From a virus (Duplodnaviria > Caudoviricetes), in the IMG/VR virus record IMGVR_UViG_3300036770_004125, positions 1 through 63,732 of that record: a DNA stretch of 63,732 nucleotides, one strand, 5' to 3'. Position numbers and translations under genes: made by a program. Below the pieces are notes generated by a model, which was not told the origin of the DNA, ran no database searches, and worked only from the letters and a program-made list of their open reading frames with translations. This document shows positions 60,359-63,732 of the stretch, piece by piece (the stretch's first letter is position 1; each line of letters opens with the position of its first letter).

Positions 60359-60613
60359 TTAACCCCTATCATTTTGAATTACCGAATGACGTTGTGAAGG
60401 ACAATCAAGGAAGAACTTATATTCCGCATAACTCCCACCATTCCACTTTACAACATTACAATTTCCATATTTATCCACCACTTCAAACCTATTCTCAAGT
60501 TCTTTTGGTTCAACAGTAATCGCAGTATTGATAAGAGTTAATGTTGTCGCACTTGTAAAACCAAGAACAAACCCAAGTAGAATAAACCGATAATAAGTGA
60601 GTTTCTGTTCCAT
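60359..60613 (-). CDS. Small membrane-anchored protein
   Basis: N-terminal hydrophobic helix; FEVVDKYGNCNVV. Confidence 0.65.
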   Translation of the reverse strand: MEQKLTYYRFILLGFVLGFTSATTLTLINTAITVEPKELENRFEVVDKYGNCNVVKWNGGSYAEYKFFLDCPSQRHSVIQNDRG

Positions 60614-60770
60614 TAGGTCGTTTGCTCCTTTCTTTGAGTGTTAATGTATTCCCCAAGTTTAGTCAAAATCTCTCTACATTTCGTTTGAACGTATTGGTCT
60701 TGGAGTTGACTTTCCTTGTATCTTAGCACAGATTGAAAGACAATCTCTGCTTCTTGTTTAGTGAAGTTCA

Positions 60771-61232
60771 TTAGTTATCATCCCAAGGTGCTTTGCGGTT
60801 TAATATTTCCCTGAACCTTTCCATTACTTTAGGGTCTGGTGGTTCATTGATTCGTCGCACAAGTTCATCATATGCTTCTCTGGAAACATAGATCGTTTCA
60901 GGCTTTGCTCCAAAGTATGTCAACCACTTGCCATCTTCAACCATTTTAGAATATCCTTCATTTATAGAATTCCAAAAATCTTGATATAGAAATCTATTTT
61001 CATTATGAATGATGAGACGATACCAACACCAAAATGGAGTATATCGAAGAAACTTATTACCTATTATGATCTTATGAATATTCATTCTTTTGGTGGGGTA
61101 AGTAAAATCCATAACCATACAAACATCGTTATGAGAACAATAAGTTCTACAATCACTGGAGGTATATTCATTCGTCAAATCCCTCAAGATACATCTTTCT
61201 CCAACCATAGCACATTTCTTCGTAGAAAGCAA
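60771..61232 (-). CDS. Hypothetical protein (start uncertain, perhaps 61086)
   Basis: LRYTPFWCWYRL...ILNRKAPWD. Confidence 0.5.
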   Translation of the reverse strand: MLSTKKCAMVGERCILRDLTNEYTSSDCRTYCSHNDVCMVMDFTYPTKRMNIHKIIIGNKFLRYTPFWCWYRLIIHNENRFLYQDFWNSINEGYSKMVEDGKWLTYFGAKPETIYVSREAYDELVRRINEPPDPKVMERFREILNRKAPWDDN

Positions 61233-61337
61233 GTCGGTCTATTTCAAGGAAGTATTCATCAGTACTGAAATCCAGACGAAACATAATCGCAAAGTAGATG
61301 CTATAAAATCCGTACATAAAGTTCTTGAGTTTTTTCA

Positions 61338-61601
61338 TTATGTTCCTCTATAGTATGATAAGTCCATAGGGCACCGATAGTTTAGTAAATTTATATTCAA
61401 ACTAAGTAATGAAATATGGAGATAAAACGAAAACAAACTGCCATCAAAGATGCCAAATCCAAATCTAATATTCGGTTCCCAATCGCAATATACACTTGCG
61501 TGAAATGAAATATCAAATAAATTAAACTTCCTAAATTGACCTAAGATAAAATATATGTCTCTTCCATAATCGTATTCTGTATAAAAATCAAAGAGTTTCA
61601 T
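61338..61601 (-). CDS. Hypothetical aromatic-rich protein
   Basis: 87 aa, downstream of palindrome 61675 and TATAAT. Confidence 0.6.
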   Translation of the reverse strand: MKLFDFYTEYDYGRDIYFILGQFRKFNLFDISFHASVYCDWEPNIRFGFGIFDGSLFSFYLHISLLSLNINLLNYRCPMDLSYYRGT

Positions 61602-61695
61602 GGTGTCTCATCACTCTCAGTCTGTTGTGTATGTAGTCATTATACTACAAAAGGCATTTGATTTCAAGTGCCCCTGTTCCAGTTTGTAAAGTGTC

Positions 61696-62634
61696 CTATT
61701 TCTTTTTAATCCTCCCTCTTACCCACCCATCACTAGGATACTCTACTCCTCTTTTCTCAATTTCTCCATTATTCCACCAAAGTTGCCCCTTCATTTTTTC
61801 TTTGTTCTTTTCTCTAATTTTTTGTTTCGTTTCTTCATTATGAGTTCTACCATAGAAAGAATTTTTTTCACCTTTTCTATCTTCACTCATTTTATTTTTG
61901 ACTTCATCAGTATGAGTTTTTCCATAAAATGGATTTTTATCACCAAGTTTTGCCAATCTTATATTTTCTATTGCTTTTTCTGTATGTTTTAATCCAAGAT
62001 TTCTAGTAAAATGACTTATATCTAACTCTAATTCTTTTATCCATTTGTTTATACAATCATAAACAATCTCACTTTTCATTCTTCTTGCAACTTCATTTTT
62101 ACTATGAGAAGTTTTAACTACATCAATAAACATTTCTCTAAAATCTAAATCGTGAATTTTTAGGTAAGTTCCCCTTCTTCTTCCTTTTCTGGTTTTACTC
62201 ATTTTATCTTTGGTTTCTTGAGATGCTTTTCTTCCCAAGTGCTTTTCTCTTATTTTTTGTTTCCTTTCTTCACTACAAGGAACACCATAACTTGGATTAT
62301 TTTCACCACCCATTCTTTCTTTCATATTATCAATATATCTTTTCCTCACTTGCTCGTATAAGTGAGAATTATACTTTTCACTACGATTTCTCATTAAGAA
62401 ACACGCAAGGTTCATTTTCTTTGTTCTTTCATCATCAATTCCATACCGTTTGATGCAAATTTTTTCCAATAATAAATGTGCGATATAGTGTTCTCTTGGA
62501 GTAAAAATAACAATTCTATCATTTTTACCGAAAATACTTTTTGGAAATGTATGATGCTTTTCTATGTAACCTTCAGGAGGAGTTCTATTCTCTGCTTTCC
62601 TTATGAGGTTACAATAAACCTTTAGATAATTCAT
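61696..62634 (-). CDS. Free-standing HNH homing endonuclease with NUMOD3 repeats
   Basis: YIEKHHTFPKS...TPREHYIAHLLL; repeats NPFYGKTHTDEVK and NSFYGRTHNEETK; WWNNG...GWVRGR. Confidence 0.88.
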   Translation of the reverse strand: MNYLKVYCNLIRKAENRTPPEGYIEKHHTFPKSIFGKNDRIVIFTPREHYIAHLLLEKICIKRYGIDDERTKKMNLACFLMRNRSEKYNSHLYEQVRKRYIDNMKERMGGENNPSYGVPCSEERKQKIREKHLGRKASQETKDKMSKTRKGRRRGTYLKIHDLDFREMFIDVVKTSHSKNEVARRMKSEIVYDCINKWIKELELDISHFTRNLGLKHTEKAIENIRLAKLGDKNPFYGKTHTDEVKNKMSEDRKGEKNSFYGRTHNEETKQKIREKNKEKMKGQLWWNNGEIEKRGVEYPSDGWVRGRIKKK

Positions 62635-62659
62635 TTTTATTCTATTGAGAGTGCATAGG

Positions 62660-62667
62660 TATTTATA
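62660..62667 (-). promoter_or_regulatory. T4-type late promoter TATAAATA (related A/CTAAATA sites at 2179, 5399, 22218, 36826)
   Basis: Exact TATAAATA 25 nt upstream of the endonuclease ATG. Confidence 0.75.
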
Positions 62668-62733
62668 ATAGAAAAGGTGCCCGAAAGCACCTAATCTTAC
62701 CTATGAAATTGCACTCTCAATAGGTGTAAGTAT

Positions 62734-62967
62734 TTAGTAATGATGCTCAGGAACAATCGTAGGTTCTTCTACATTTAGACCTTTCACATTTCCAGTATTA
62801 CAACTATAAAGTGTTGAAAGTTTCTTTCCTTTACAGACGATGTTGAAATGGTCTATTTGTCCGTTTGGGTGAGTAAAGGAAAACCAAACAGCATCATCTC
62901 CCATTACTTCATAATGAACGCTCACATTATCCAAGAAGAGTTCATCAACATTTTGTAGTTCGTTCAT
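62734..62967 (-). CDS. Hypothetical protein
   Basis: MNELQNVDELFLDNVSVHYEVM... (77 aa). Confidence 0.65.
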   Translation of the reverse strand: MNELQNVDELFLDNVSVHYEVMGDDAVWFSFTHPNGQIDHFNIVCKGKKLSTLYSCNTGNVKGLNVEEPTIVPEHHY

Positions 62968-63158
62968 TTTACCATAGTCCTAATAGCAATTTCCATACCT
63001 GCCCTAAATGCCTCATCAAGTGCTGATTTCATACAAAAAACAGAAACATCATAAAAATCCAAACCATCCCTTCCACGGGTTTCAAGAGTTTCAACATTAA
63101 ACCATTTCTTTGCGATGGTTTCAAGAAGTTGATTGTATTGTTCAGGAACAGTGGTCAT
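62964..63158 (-). CDS. Small phage hypothetical protein
   Basis: ETLETRGRDGLDFYDVSV...ALDEAFRAG. Confidence 0.7.
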   Translation of the reverse strand: MTTVPEQYNQLLETIAKKWFNVETLETRGRDGLDFYDVSVFCMKSALDEAFRAGMEIAIRTMVK

Positions 63159-63235
63159 TTCAGTGATGTATAAGAGTGTGGGAACCTTTTGTGCCTCTTT
63201 ATCGCACAGGCGTTCCCTGGTTCCCTTGTGAGTAT

Positions 63236-63625
63236 ATTATAAGGCATCAGGAGGCACTCTGGGAACCTCCTGTGCCAGTTCCTCAAGTGTCCTCAATAAT
63301 CAAACAATAACGACACTGGAAAGCAAAAGTTTCTTTTTGCCAAGTTTTCTTCGCACCATTTTCTTCCCAAGAATACACAACTTCATACCAAGGGTCTGTG
63401 CTCCCATAAGAATTGAAACCCTCAACGGTCACATAACCTTTGGAACCATCTGCCCGTGCCCAACGAGAACCAACTTGGATTTCGTGTGGTTTGAAGAAAT
63501 GACGGACAACTGCTTTGCGTCCATCTATGATTTCAGTTTCGTAGTCCATCGGTTTGGTTGCTTATGAGAGTATTATAAGGCATCAGGAGGCACTCTGGGA
63601 ACCTCCTGTGCCAGTTCTTCAAGTG
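63236..63625. repeat. ~50-bp direct repeat flanking one cassette
   Basis: ATTATAAGGCATCAGGAGGCACTCTGGGAACCTCCTGTGCCAGTTC at ~63236-63281 and ~63572-63617. Confidence 0.9.
63283..63549 (-). CDS. Cassette ORF, hypothetical
   Basis: 88 aa, flanked by two near-identical promoter/palindrome units. Confidence 0.7.
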   Translation of the reverse strand: MDYETEIIDGRKAVVRHFFKPHEIQVGSRWARADGSKGYVTVEGFNSYGSTDPWYEVVYSWEENGAKKTWQKETFAFQCRYCLIIEDT

Positions 63626-63732
63626 AACCATCTTCACATCTTCCAGAACAATCTCATCTGGGTTTTTGATAAATCTACTCATTTCAGTTGTGCTCCTCAA
63701 GCCATTCAAACCATTCATCACCATAATTCTCA

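Larger units (their letters stand above)
39719..63630. repeat. Dispersed family of ~30 24-bp palindromes, TGTGCCAGTT-N4-AAGTG(G/T)CACA
   Basis: Copies start at 39719, 40274, 41018, 41390, 41621, 41949, 42363, 43095, 43471, 43780, 44323, 44676, 45652, 46076, 46636, 46889, 47276, 47944, 48727, 49377, 49700, 51632, 53346, 53999, 54788, 55627, 56021 (half site), 61675, 63271, 63607. Confidence 0.92.

Noticed and set aside
4-62453. Numerous + strand ORFs in the track (e.g. 38..505, 7647..7973, 42601..43155, 53614..53970)
   Set aside because: They are antisense shadows of well-supported minus-strand genes and lack motifs.
39719-63630. TGGCAC in the palindrome as a sigma-54 -24 element
   Set aside because: Generally no TTGC at the -12 position; the motif is palindromic and sits at fixed spacing from a sigma70-type -10. 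Cyanobacteria lack sigma-54.

Overview
A ~64 kb segment of a T4-like myophage genome, almost entirely coded on the minus strand; gene content and order point to a cyanophage (host and habitat are inference). Positions 1-38.6 kb are the AT-rich late structural module: gp20 portal, gp19, gp18, gp17, gp16, gp15, gp14, gp13, a 2510-aa virion protein, gp8, a split gp7, gp6 and gp25. Positions 39-56 kb and 60-63.7 kb hold many short ORFs, and 39-45.6 kb is much more GC-rich. These ORFs form cassettes bounded by about 30 copies of a 24-bp palindrome (TGTGCCAGTT-N4-AAGTGGCACA) that sits ~29-32 nt upstream of a -10 box and usually overlaps the stop codon of the neighbouring gene. Main findings: (1) this palindrome/cassette system; (2) five divergent ~110-nt non-coding units whose -10 lies exactly 29 nt from a palindrome; (3) a four-copy H-type pseudoknot with covariation; (4) a canonical A_AAA_AAG -1 frameshift signal fusing two ORFs between gp16 and gp17; (5) a riboswitch-like switch near gp25; (6) a Mom-like modifier paired with a restriction-endonuclease-like gene; (7) a TAAGA-repeat, origin-like region; (8) an unlisted NblA-like ORF. 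All family assignments come from motif recognition by eye; no searches were run.
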